Made by a program: the position numbers and the translations under genes. From Nymphaea colorata (lineage: Eukaryota), in the NCBI RefSeq assembly GCF_008831285.2, contig NC_045138.2:38316001-38380000 (forward strand): DNA of 64,000 nucleotides, in the 5' to 3' direction. Shown here piece by piece: positions 27,139 through 38,461 of the stretch (position 1 is the first letter of the stretch; every line of letters starts with the position of its first letter). Under the pieces are notes generated by a model. That model saw only the letters and a list, made by a program, of their open reading frames with translations. It was not told the DNA's origin and made no database searches.

Positions 27139-30100
27139 ATGGAAAACCTTTCGCATTCTGGCATGTCCTCAAGTTTTCTTCCTCACCTTATTACCGAAAA
27201 ACTCAACCATGAGAATTATCTGATCTGGAAAAGGCAAATCATGCCTTTCATAAGAAGTCAAGGCCTCTTTGGACATCTCGATGGTTCAACAAAGGCTCCA
27301 CCAATATCCGTCTTACAGGAAATAAAAAATGAGGCAGGAGAAGTTATTGCTGTTCATGAAGACAACAATCCTGAACATGCTATGTGGATGAGACGTGATC
27401 AAAGTCTGGTTGCGTATATTTTGTCCACTTTATCTCAACAAGTGTTACTTTCAGTTTCTGATGATTGTACTGCAGAAGAATTATGGGAAACCCTTGCTGA
27501 TACCTTTTCCCAAATATCAGAAGCTCGAATTATGTACTTAAAGAAAGAATTTCAGAATTTGAGCAAAGGTTCAACGTCTATCATGGATTATTTGGGGCGT
27601 ATTAAGGCCGTCGCAGACCAACTTGCTGCCTCAGGGAATAACATTTCTGATAAGGAAAAGGTGCAGCAAACCTTGAATGGACTTGGGCATGATTATCATG
27701 CTTTTATTACAGCTCTTGAGGTCCTTCCTGTTCTGCCTTCCTTCAACGAACTACAAGGTAAACTTCTCCAACATGAAATGAATATGAAAAGAGTCATTGA
27801 AAGGACTGATCAAGGGAACTCCCAAAATGTGTTGGCTATGAATGTAAAGTTTGGTAAGAGCCATGGGAACTCCAACCATGGTGGTCGTGGCATTCTACCA
27901 ACACCACATAACCAAGGTATGTCTCCTTTGGATACTTCAAGAAAAATACCAATTTGTTTTCAGTGCAACAAGAAAGGACACATGAAGGCACAATGTTGGT
28001 TTAATCCTCAAAATAAAAACAAAGGAGTAAGACATGATTATAAACAAGGAGGACAAAGTTCTAAATCCACCGCTGAAGATATGCAACAGCTATTGATGGC
28101 CGCATTCTCAAAGATGACTATAAAGCAAAATGAGCAGGGAGAATGGTTCTTGGATTCAGGTGCAGCTACCCATGTGACAGGAAATGCAGGTAAATTGACT
28201 AACTTATCCCCTCATTACGGTAGAAGTTGCATTATAACAGGTGATGGAAAATCTCATCCTATTACACATATTGGAAATGCACATATTCCATTGTCATCCT
28301 CGTCTCTATCACTGTCTAATGTTGTTCTTGCTCCCAATATCAAAAAGAACATCATATCCATTTCTAAACTCATTGATGATACAAGCTCTTCTGTTGAATT
28401 CACACCTTCTTCTGTCTATGTCAAGGACCTCCAAACGAAGAAAATGTTCGCTAGAGGGGAGCGTCAAGGGAATATGTACGTCCTCAAGGAATGTCTACCC
28501 AAGGATTCATCCACTTTTGATATAGGATTGAAGACATTTTCTCTTTCTCATAATGCGTCATCAGTGCCAAGTTCTTGCCATTTTCAATCAAAAGTAAGGG
28601 GCCCTAACCAATTTTTGGAGTCTGATTTGTGGCATAGTCGGCTAGGACACTGTGGTCGACATTTCATTGAAAAACTTGTCACAGATAGTCTCATTCCAAG
28701 ATCAAGTTTACCTCTTACTTCAAGTGTCAAAAAATGTTCAAGTTGTGGACTTTGTAAGAGTCATGTTTTACCTTTCCATAATATAAATCAAAGGGCTTCC
28801 AAACCTTTTGAAACTATTTTTTCTGATGTATGGGGGCCAGCCCCTATTGATTCCATGTCTGGGTCAAGATATTATGTCTTATTCATTGACTCTTACTCAC
28901 GTTTCACCTGGATTTACTTCATGAAACACAAATCAGAAGTACCTCACATATTTCGAAACTTCTATGCCATGATTCAAACTAAATTTTCATCCAATGTGGT
29001 GCATTTTCAATGTGATGGAGGGGGAGAATATTCCTCGCTTGATTTTATTGAATTTCTACGTGAAAAAGGGATAACTAGACAAATTTCCTGCCCTTACACA
29101 CCACAACAAAATGGTGTAGTTGAGCGGAAACATCGACATATAGTTGAAAGCGCCATGAGCATGATGCATGATACTAATGTGCCCATTTCCTTGTGGACTG
29201 AAGCCTTCCATACTGCTGTATACATAATAAATTGTTTGCCTATGACACTCTTGATGTCTAAATCGCCATATTTTACACTCTTAGGCAAACAACCTGATTA
29301 CAAGAACTTGAAGGTTTTTGGTTGTGTATGCTATGTTCACGTTGATGCTGCCTTGAGGAACAAGTTTCAAGACAAAGCTATTCAATGTAGATTCGTTGGA
29401 TATGCTGATGAATATAAAGGTTTTCGATGCTATGATCCAACAACTAAACGTATCAAAACTTCAAGAAATGTCATTTTTGATGAACATAGTTTTGATAATA
29501 CAAATGAAATGCCTATGACCATTGAATCTTATGATCCCTGGACCAGTACACAGTTATTCAATGCAGATCCTGTTATAGAAAATGATGTGCCTCAAAGTGA
29601 AGATTCAGAGAGAGCAATACAACCGTCGGATATGGCTCAAAGTGAAAATCAAGAAGATCCAACACAGTCATTAAGTCATCACGAAAACAATAATGAACAG
29701 AGCAACGATGCACATCGGTATTCGGGTCTTATCTACAGTCGACGACTAAGGGACAGAGATGCTCACAGTGAAGAAGACAACATGCCCCACCTTAGAAGAT
29801 CCCAACGCATTCGTCATCCCATTCACAGGTGGGTTAGCTATGATTCTTTATCACTTGATTTTCAGTTATTCATGGCAAAAGTTGGCAAGGAGAAAGAACC
29901 TACTTCATTTGATGAAGCATCAAAATCACATCATTGGAGAAAGGCTATGAAAGAAGAAATGGATGCCTTGCATGAATGTGGAACATGGGAGATCGTTCCG
30001 AGGCCACACGAAAAGAACGTAGTGGGCTCCAAATGGGTATACAAAATTAAATACAAACCTGACGGCAGCATAGAAAGACACAAAGCAAGGTTAGTAGCAA

Positions 30101-31455
30101 AAGGGTTTACACAACAATATGGAGAAGATTATGATGAGACATTCAGCCCTGTGATCAAAATGGGAACAATTCGCGTGATTATATCATTGGCAGTTGAATA
30201 TGGATGGAGACTACATCAAATGGACGTGAAGAATGCTTTTCTTCATGGTGATTTAAGGGAGGAAGTATATATGGAACAACCTCCAGGATACACGAAAGGA
30301 GACTCTCATGCATGGGTTTGCAAACTAAGAAAATCTATTTATGGACTTAAACAGGCCTCACGTTCGTGGTTTGACAGTTTCTCTTGCAAGATTCAAGAAT
30401 GTGGTTTTCGGAGATGTCCTCTAGATCACTCTCTTTTCATTTATCGAAAGGAAAACATATTTACTTTACTTCTTATATATGTTGATGATATTGTTATCAC
30501 AGGCAATTCAGAAAAACACATAGAAGAAGCTAAAGTTTTGATGATGCAAAACTTCAAAATGAAAGAGCTTGGTGATTTACGATTCTTTCTTGGAGTGGAG
30601 ATTGATAGGCACAATAATCGCCTCACATTGACACAACAGAAATACACGTTGGATTTGTTGAAAAAGTCAGGTATGTCTGATTGTAAGCCTGTTGGAACTC
30701 CTAGTGTTCTAAATCAAAGACTAAGTGCTCAAGATGGGGAGTTATATGAAGATCCTACGCAATATCGAAGTATTGTTGGGGCACTTCAATATCTTACATT
30801 TACTAGACCAGATATTATATATGCTGTGAATCAAGTATCCCAATTTATGCATGCACCTAGAGATACTCACATGGATGCTGTCAAAAGAATATTAAGATAT
30901 CTTAAAGGGACAGCAGGAGATGGCTTAGTTTATGGTAAGAGTGAAAATATAACTACTGGACATCAACTTATGACATTCACAGATGCAGATTGGGCTGGAG
31001 ATCCCGATCAAAGAAAGTCCATTTCTGGTTTTTGTATTTTCATTGGACGTAATCTTGTGTCTTGGAGTTGTCGAAAGCAAAAGGCAGTAGCAAGATCCAG
31101 CACTGAAGCTGAATACAGATGCATGGCTGCAGGTACTGCTGAAGTTACATGGGTTAGACATTTGCTAGAAGACATTGGAGAAAAGATTAAAACATCAATG
31201 TTAATGTGCGATAATCAAAGCGCTATTAACATTGCCTTTAATCCCGTACAACATGGTCGAACAAAGCACATTGAGATTGATCAACACTTTGTTAGACAAA
31301 AGGTGGAAGACAAGGAAATTCAGCCTATTTATGTTCGTACAGATGAACAAGTTGCAGACTTATTTACAAAAGGATTAACAAAGGAACGATTCTGGTTTCT
31401 AAAAGGCAAGTTGTACATGGTGCAAAACCATGCACAACTTGAGGGAGGGTGTTAA
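27139..31455 (+). CDS. Ty1/copia gag-pol polyprotein (1438 aa from first ATG)
   Basis: ATG at 27139 (MENLSHSG); zinc knuckle CFQCNKKGHMKAQC; protease WFLDSGAATH; integrase WHSRLGH...CSSC, SDVWGP, PQQNGVVERKHR; RT QMDVKNAFLHG, YVDD; RNase H DADWAG. Stop codon lies in the 3' LTR. Confidence 0.96.
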   Translation: MENLSHSGMSSSFLPHLITEKLNHENYLIWKRQIMPFIRSQGLFGHLDGSTKAPPISVLQEIKNEAGEVIAVHEDNNPEHAMWMRRDQSLVAYILSTLSQQVLLSVSDDCTAEELWETLADTFSQISEARIMYLKKEFQNLSKGSTSIMDYLGRIKAVADQLAASGNNISDKEKVQQTLNGLGHDYHAFITALEVLPVLPSFNELQGKLLQHEMNMKRVIERTDQGNSQNVLAMNVKFGKSHGNSNHGGRGILPTPHNQGMSPLDTSRKIPICFQCNKKGHMKAQCWFNPQNKNKGVRHDYKQGGQSSKSTAEDMQQLLMAAFSKMTIKQNEQGEWFLDSGAATHVTGNAGKLTNLSPHYGRSCIITGDGKSHPITHIGNAHIPLSSSSLSLSNVVLAPNIKKNIISISKLIDDTSSSVEFTPSSVYVKDLQTKKMFARGERQGNMYVLKECLPKDSSTFDIGLKTFSLSHNASSVPSSCHFQSKVRGPNQFLESDLWHSRLGHCGRHFIEKLVTDSLIPRSSLPLTSSVKKCSSCGLCKSHVLPFHNINQRASKPFETIFSDVWGPAPIDSMSGSRYYVLFIDSYSRFTWIYFMKHKSEVPHIFRNFYAMIQTKFSSNVVHFQCDGGGEYSSLDFIEFLREKGITRQISCPYTPQQNGVVERKHRHIVESAMSMMHDTNVPISLWTEAFHTAVYIINCLPMTLLMSKSPYFTLLGKQPDYKNLKVFGCVCYVHVDAALRNKFQDKAIQCRFVGYADEYKGFRCYDPTTKRIKTSRNVIFDEHSFDNTNEMPMTIESYDPWTSTQLFNADPVIENDVPQSEDSERAIQPSDMAQSENQEDPTQSLSHHENNNEQSNDAHRYSGLIYSRRLRDRDAHSEEDNMPHLRRSQRIRHPIHRWVSYDSLSLDFQLFMAKVGKEKEPTSFDEASKSHHWRKAMKEEMDALHECGTWEIVPRPHEKNVVGSKWVYKIKYKPDGSIERHKARLVAKGFTQQYGEDYDETFSPVIKMGTIRVIISLAVEYGWRLHQMDVKNAFLHGDLREEVYMEQPPGYTKGDSHAWVCKLRKSIYGLKQASRSWFDSFSCKIQECGFRRCPLDHSLFIYRKENIFTLLLIYVDDIVITGNSEKHIEEAKVLMMQNFKMKELGDLRFFLGVEIDRHNNRLTLTQQKYTLDLLKKSGMSDCKPVGTPSVLNQRLSAQDGELYEDPTQYRSIVGALQYLTFTRPDIIYAVNQVSQFMHAPRDTHMDAVKRILRYLKGTAGDGLVYGKSENITTGHQLMTFTDADWAGDPDQRKSISGFCIFIGRNLVSWSCRKQKAVARSSTEAEYRCMAAGTAEVTWVRHLLEDIGEKIKTSMLMCDNQSAINIAFNPVQHGRTKHIEIDQHFVRQKVEDKEIQPIYVRTDEQVADLFTKGLTKERFWFLKGKLYMVQNHAQLEGGC
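31439..31449 (+). promoter_or_regulatory. Polypurine tract of copia-1
   Basis: TTGAGGGAGGG abutting the 3' LTR TG; overlaps the last codons (LEGG). Confidence 0.9.
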
Positions 31456-31812
31456 AATATAAATCCTTCACCAGCACGTTGAAGAGGAGTCTCTTAGGAT
31501 TCCACCTCCTTGTAGAATGTGTTAAAATATTTAATGTCCTTGTAACATGTGAAGAGTCTCCTAGGATTCTATGTTATAGTTAATATCCTTGTTATATGGG
31601 AAGTCTCCTAGGATTCTATGTTGTAGTTAATATCCTTGTAATATGTGAAGTCTCTTAGGTTTCTATGATGTAATTAATGTCCTTGAAGCTTGTGAAATCT
31701 CCTAGGATTCTACGATTGGAGACTCTTAGAATTCTGAAAATGAGATTATAAATAGAGGCCGTGCAAACCATTTTGGCTACGGCTTCTTCTCCTCAGTTTC
31801 TTCTTGTTTTCA

Positions 31813-31857
<45 letters not shown>

Positions 31858-31909
31858 CCTGCTTGAGTGCTGTTTTCGGGTTACAGATATTGGTGCTACA
31901 TTTCTATCA
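31450..31909 (+). repeat. 3' LTR of copia-1 (460 bp)
   Basis: Direct repeat of 26462-26919, followed by TSD CCCTA. Confidence 0.96.
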
Positions 31910-34900
31910 CCCTATACATCGAAAGGGGAAGTAGTCCCATCAGACATGGAAACTGCATATGAATATTGATGTGGCAACGTCCCTACCATCAAGTTCAAAA
32001 TGTCAATCACATGCATTTGAAATAAATGGCAAACTGAAGATATAGCCGATGCGTAGCCAACTAGATGCATCGACATAATGGGATGTTTTAGGATGTTATA
32101 TGTGAGACAAAAGTATTGTCTATGAAAATACCATGGTAGGAAAGATACGATGAACCCCGTACAACAAGAGGGGTAGCAGTTCCGTAAGACATGTGAATTG
32201 CATATGGATATTGTTGAGGCAACGTCCATACCATCAAGTTCAAAATCTCAATCACATGCATTTGAAATAAATGGCGAACTGAAGACATGGCCGATGCATG
32301 GCCAACTAGATGCATCGACATAATTGCAATGTTTTAGGATGTTATATGTGAGAAAAGTATTGTCTATTAAAAATACTATTGTAGGAAAGATACGATGAAC
32401 CCCGTACAACAAGAGGGGAAGCAATTCTGTAAGACATGCGAACTGCATATGGATATTGTTGAGGCAACGTCTCCACAATCAAGTGAAAAATGTCAATTAC
32501 ACGCCTTTGAAATAAATGGTGAATTGAAGATATAGCCGATGCATGGTCAACTAGATGCATCGGCATAATGATCCGTTTTAGGAGGTTATGTGCGAGACAA
32601 AAGCATTGACTCTGAAAAAACTGGGGCAGGAAAGATGTGATGAACCCTATACATCAAAAGGGAAAGCAGTACCTTGAGAAATGGGAACTGCATATGGATC
32701 TTGATGAGGCAACGTCCCTACCATCAAGTTCAAAATGTCAATCACATGTATTTTAAATAAATGGCAGACTGAAGACATAGACGATGCATGGCCAACTAGA
32801 TGCATCGACATAATGACATGTTTTAGGATGTTATATGTAAGACAAAAGTATTGTCTATGAAAATACCATGGTCGGAAAGATACGATGAACCTCGTACAAC
32901 AAGAGGGGAAGCAGTTCCGTAAGACATGTGAACTGCATATGGATATTGATGAGGCAACGTCCATACCATCAAGTTCAAAATCTCAATCACATGCATTTAA
33001 TATAAATGGCGAACTGAAGACATAGCCGATGCATGGCCAACTAGATGCATTGACATAATAGCAATGTTTCAGAATGTTATATGTGAGACAAAAGTATTGT
33101 CTATTAAAAATACTATAGTAGGAAAGATACGATGAACCTCGTACAACAAGAAGGGAAGCAGTTCTGTAAGACATGCGAACTGCATATGGATATTGTTGAG
33201 GCAACGTCTCCACAATTAAGTGAAAAATGTCAATTACACGCATTTGAAATAAATGGTGAATTGAAAATATAGCCGATGCATGGCCAACTAGATGCATCGG
33301 CATAATGATCCGTTTTAGGAGGTTATGTGTGAGATAAAAGCATTGACTCTGAAAAATTAGGGTAGGAAAGATGTGATGAACCCTATACATCGAAAGTGGA
33401 AGCAGTACCTTGAGACATGGGAACTGCATATGGATCTTGATGAGGCTATGTCCCTACTATCAAGTTCAAAATGTCAATCAAATGCACTGTAAATAAATGG
33501 CTGACTGAAGACATGGTCGATGCATGGCAAATTAGATGCATCAGCATAATGGTCAGTTTCAGAAGGTCATGTGTGAGACAAAAGTATTGACTATGAAAAA
33601 CCTATAGTATGAATGATACGATGAACCACGTACAACAAAAGGGGAAGCAGTCCGGTAAGACATGCGAACTTCATATGGATTTTGATGAGGCAACGTCCCT
33701 ACCATCAAGTTCGAAATGTCAATCTCATGCCTTTGAAATAAATGGCGGACTGAAGACATAGCTGATACATGGCCAACTAGATGCATCGACATAATGGTAT
33801 GATTTAGAATGTTATATGTGAGACAAAAGTACTGTCTATGAAAATTCTATGGTAGGAAAGATATGATGAACCCCGTACAACAAGAGGGGAAACAGTTTCG
33901 TAAGACATGCGAACTGCATATCGATATTGTTGAGGCAACGTCTCCACAATCAAGTTAAAAATGTCAATTAGACGTTTTTGAAATAAATGGTGAATTGAAG
34001 ATATAGCCGATGCATGGCCAACTAGATGCATCGGCATAATGATCCGTTTTAGGAGGTTATGTGTGAGATAAAAGCATTGACTCTGAAAAAATTGGGGTAG
34101 TAAAGATGTGATGAACCCCATACATTGAAAGGGGAAGCAGTACCGTGAGACATGGGAGCTGCATATGGATCTTAATGTGGTTGCGTCCCTACTATCAAGT
34201 TCAAAATGTCAATCAAATGCACTGCAAATAAATGGCTGATTGAAGACATGGTCGATGCATGGCAAATTAGATGCATCAGCATAATGGTTAGTTTTCGAGG
34301 GTCATGTGTGAGACAAAAGTATTGACTATGAAAAACCTTGAGTATGAAAGATACAATGAAGCCCGTACAACTAAAGGGGAAGCAGTCTCGTAAGACATGC
34401 GAACTGCATATGGATATTGATGAGGCAACGTCCCTACCATCAAGTTCAAAATGTCAATCACATGCATTTTAAATAAATGGCGGACTGAAGACATAGCCGA
34501 TGCATGGCCAACTAGATGCATCGACATAATGGCATGTTTTAGGATGTTATATGTGAGACAGAAGTATTGTCTGAAAATACTATGGTTGGAAAGATACGAT
34601 GAATCCCGTACAACAAGACGTGAAGCAGTTTCGTAAGACATGCGAACTGCGTATGGATATTGTTGAGGCAACGTGTCCACAATCAAGTTAAAAATGTCAA
34701 TTACACGCTTTTGAAATAAATGGTGAATTGAAGATATAGCCGATGCATGGCCAACTAGATGCATCGGCATAATGATCCGTTTTAGGAGGTTATGTGTGAG
34801 ACAAAAGCATTGTCTCTGAAAAAACTGGGTTTGGAAAGATGCGATGAACCCTATACATCGAAAGGGGAAGCAGTACCATGAGACATGAGAACTGCATATG

Positions 34901-35045
34901 GATCTTGATGAGGCTACGTCTTTACTATTAAGTTCAAAATGTCAATCAAATGCACTGCAAATAAATGGCTGACTCAAGACATGGTCGATGCATGGCAAAT
35001 TAGATGCATCAACATAATGGTTAGTTTTAGAGGGTCATGTGTGAG
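31910..35045. repeat. ~245-bp satellite array (continuation)
   Basis: The monomer resumes exactly at the TSD (CCCTATACATCGAAAGG). Confidence 0.96.
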
Positions 35046-36377
35046 TAGGGCTGGGCGTCGGGCTTGGGCTGGGGAAATCCTGGTCCGGGCCGCGCCCGGG
35101 CTTGATAACCCGGCCTGATAACTAAACCGGGCCTAATAGTGCGGCCAGGCAGCGACCCGGCCCTGCCCGACTCCCGCCCTCAGGCGGTCGTGCTGGCCTC
35201 CGCCCTCACTCCCCTGGCCCCTCCCTCTCCCTCTTCGTTCCGTCTTCGTCTCCCTCTCACTCTCTACTCCCTCTCCCTCGACCCTCTCTGCTCGCTCTCC
35301 CTTCCGTCTCCCTTTCCCTCTGCTCCTTCTCCCTCTCTGCTCTGTCTCCCTTTTCCCTCTCCCTCCCTGTCCCTCTCCCTCTCTGCAACCTCTCCCTCTG
35401 CTCCTTCTCCCTCTCCCTCCCTCTCCCTCTCTGCTCCTTCTCCCTCTCTCCCTCTCCCTTCCGTCTCCCTCTCTGCTCCTTCTCCCTCTTCTCCCTCTCC
35501 CTTTTCCCTCTCCCTCTCCCTCTCTGCTCGCTCTCCCTTCCGTCTCCCTCTCCCTCTCTCTCTGCTCCTTCTCCCTCTCCCTCTACTCCTTCTCCCTCTC
35601 CCTCTCCCTCTCTGCTCGCTCTTCCTTCCGTCTCCCTCTGCTCCTACTCCCTCTCTGCAACCTCTCCCTTCCTTCTCCCTCTCCCTCTCCGCTCTCTCTC
35701 CCTTCCGTCTCCCTCTCTTTCTGCTCCTTCTCCCTCTCCCTCCCTCTCCCTCTCCCTCTCCCTCTGCTCTCCCTCTCCCTCTCCCTCTACTCCTTCTCCC
35801 TCTGCTCCTTCTCCCTCTCCCTTCCGTCTCCCTCTCCCTCTCCCTTCCATCACCCTCTGCTCCTTCTCCCTCTCCCTTTTCCCTCCCTCTCCCTCTCCCT
35901 CTCCCTCTTCCCTCTCCCTCCCTCTCCCTCTCTGCCCTCCCTCTCCCTCTCTGCTCTCCCTCTCCCTTCCATCTCCCTCTGCTCCTACTCCCTCTCTCCC
36001 TCTCCCTCTCCCTCTCCCTCTCCCTTTTCCCTCTCCCTCTGCTCCTTCTCCCTCTCTGCTCTCCCTCTCCCTCTCTGCTCTCCCTCTGCTCCTACTCCCT
36101 CTCTCCCTCTCCCTTTTCCCTCTCCCTCTCCCTCTGCTCCTCCCTTTTCCCTCCCCCTTCGCCTGGCCCGGTCGTTCCCCTCCCTCTTTGCTCCCAATCA
36201 TCCCGTCTCCATCTCACTTTTCTCTCTCCGCCTCCGTCCGCATCCCTCTCCCTGGTTCCCTCTCCCTCTCCCTCCTCCTCTCCGCTCGGCTCCCCCTTTC
36301 CGTCTCTTCTCCCTCGCTGCGGGCCTAACTTTTGGTGGCCAAGCCCAGTACCCGGCCCGGCCCGATGCCCACCCCTA
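35046..36377. mobile_element. Non-autonomous hAT-like DNA transposon with CT-rich interior
   Basis: Left end TAGGGCTGGGCGTCGGGC; reverse complement of right end TAGGGGTGGGCATCGGGC (18-bp TIR, 2 mismatches), resembling Ac/Ds-type TAGGG ends. Subterminal CCCGG/CCGGG motifs. The satellite is split at GTGAG|ACAAAAG. No clean 8-bp TSD and no transposase. Confidence 0.75.
35220..36140 (+). repeat. Polypyrimidine low-complexity tract (CCCTCT and CTGCTCCTTCT units)
   Basis: About 900 bp almost entirely C/T on the + strand. Confidence 0.93.
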
Positions 36378-38461
36378 TGAAAGACAAAAGGATTGACTAT
36401 GAAAAACCCCGAGTATGAAAGATACGACGAACCCCGTACAACAAAAGGGGAAGCAGTCCCGTAAGACATGCAAACTGCATATGGATATTGATGAGGCAAC
36501 GTCCCTACCATCAAGTTCAAAATGTCAATCACATGCATTTGAAATAAATGGCGAACTGAAGACATAGCCGATGCATGGCCAACTAGATGCATCGACATGA
36601 TGGTATGTTTTAGGATGTTATATGGGAGACAAAAGTATTGTCTATGAATATACTATGGTAGGAAAGATACGATGAACCCCGTACAACAAGAGGGGAAGCA
36701 GTTCCGTAAGACACGCGAACTGCATATCGATATTGTTGAGGCAACGTCTTCACAATCAAGTTAAAAATGTCAATTACACGCATTTGAAATAAATGGTAAA
36801 TTGAAGATATAGCCGATGCATGGCCAACTAGATGCATCGGCATAATGATCCGTTTTAGAAGGTTATGTGAGAGACAAAAGCATTGACTCTGAAAAAACTG
36901 GGGTAGGAAAGATGTGATGAACCCTATGCATCGAAAGGGGAAGCAGTACCTTGAGACATGGGAACTGCATATGGATCTTGATGAGGCTACGTCCCTACTA
37001 TCAAGTTCAAAATGTCAATCAAATGCACTGCAAATAAATGGCTGACTGAAGACATGGTCGATGCATGGCAAATTAGATGCATTTTCATAATGGTCAGTTT
37101 TAGAAGGTCATGTGTGAGACAAAAGTATTGACTATGAAATACCTAGAGTATGAAAGATACGATGAACCACGTACAACAAAAGGGGAAGCAGTCTCGTAAG
37201 ACATGCGAACTGCATATGGATATTCATGAGGCAACGTCCCTACCATCAAGTTCAAAATGTCAATCACATGCATTTGAAATAAATGGTAGAATGAAGACAT
37301 AGCCGATGCATGGCCAACTAGATGCATTGGCATAATGGTATGTTTTATGAGGTTATATGTGAGACAAAAGTATTGTCTATAAAAATATTATGGTAGGAAA
37401 TATACAATGAACGCCGTACAACGAGAGGGTTAGCAGTCCCGTAAGACATGTGAACTGCATATGGATATTGATGAGGCAACGTCCATACCATCAAGTTCAA
37501 AATCTCAATCACATGCATTTGAACTAAATGGCGAACTGAAGACATAGCCGATGCATGGCCAACTAGATGCATCGACATAATAGCAATGTTTTAGGATGTT
37601 ATATGTGAGACAAAAGTATTGTCTATGAAAATACCATGGTAGGAATGATACGATGAACCCCGTACAACAAGAGGGGAAACAGTTCCGTAAGACATACGAA
37701 CTGCATATGGATATTGTTGAGGCAACGTCTCCACAATCAAGTGAAAAATGTCAATTACACGCCTTTGAAATAAATGGTGAATTGAAGATATAGCCGATGC
37801 ATGGCCAACTAGATTCATCGGCATAATGATCCGTTTTAGGAGGTTATGTGTGAGACAAAAGCATTGACTCTGAAAAAACTGGGGTAGGAAAGATGTGATG
37901 AACCCCATACATCGAAAGGGGAAGCAGTACCTTGAGACATGGGAGCTGCATATGGATCTTAATGTGGCTGCGTCCCTACTATCAAGTTCAAAATGTCAAT
38001 CAAATGCACTGCATATAAATGGCTGATTGAAGACATGGTCGATGCATGGCAAATTAGATTCATCAGCATAATGGTTAGTTTTCGAGGGTCATGTGTGAGA
38101 CAAAAGTATTGACTCTGAAAAACCTAGAGTTTGAAAGATTTGATGAACCCCGTACAACAAAAGGGGAAGCAGTCCCGTAAGACATGCGAACTGCATATGG
38201 ATATTGATGAGGCAACGTCCCTACCATCAAGTTCAAATTGTCAATCACATGCATTTGAAATAAATCGCGGAATGAAGACATAGCCGATGCATGGCCAACT
38301 AGATGCATCGGCATAATGGTATGTTTTAGGAGGTTATATGTGAGACAAAAGTATTGTCTTTGAAAATACTATGGTGGGAAAGATACAATGAACCCCGTAC
38401 AACAAGAGGGGAAGCAGTTCCGTAAGACATGCGAACTGCATATGGATATTGTTGAGGCAAC
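36378..38461. repeat. ~245-bp satellite array (continuation)
   Basis: Same monomer motifs and period. Confidence 0.96.

Larger units (their letters stand above)
26462..31909 (+). mobile_element. Intact Ty1/copia LTR retrotransposon (Ale-like), copia-1
   Basis: TG...CA LTRs at both ends; 5-bp TSD CCCTA at 26457-26461 and 31910-31914; tRNA-iMet PBS; PPT; single gag-PR-IN-RT-RH ORF. The Ale assignment is inferred from the short LTRs, ~5.4-kb size and absent 3' UTR. Confidence 0.97.

Noticed and set aside
35139..36380. 413-aa Pro/Ser/Leu-rich ORF and antisense Gly/Glu/Arg ORFs
   Set aside because: By-products of a stop-free CT-rich tract; non-ATG start and no domain.
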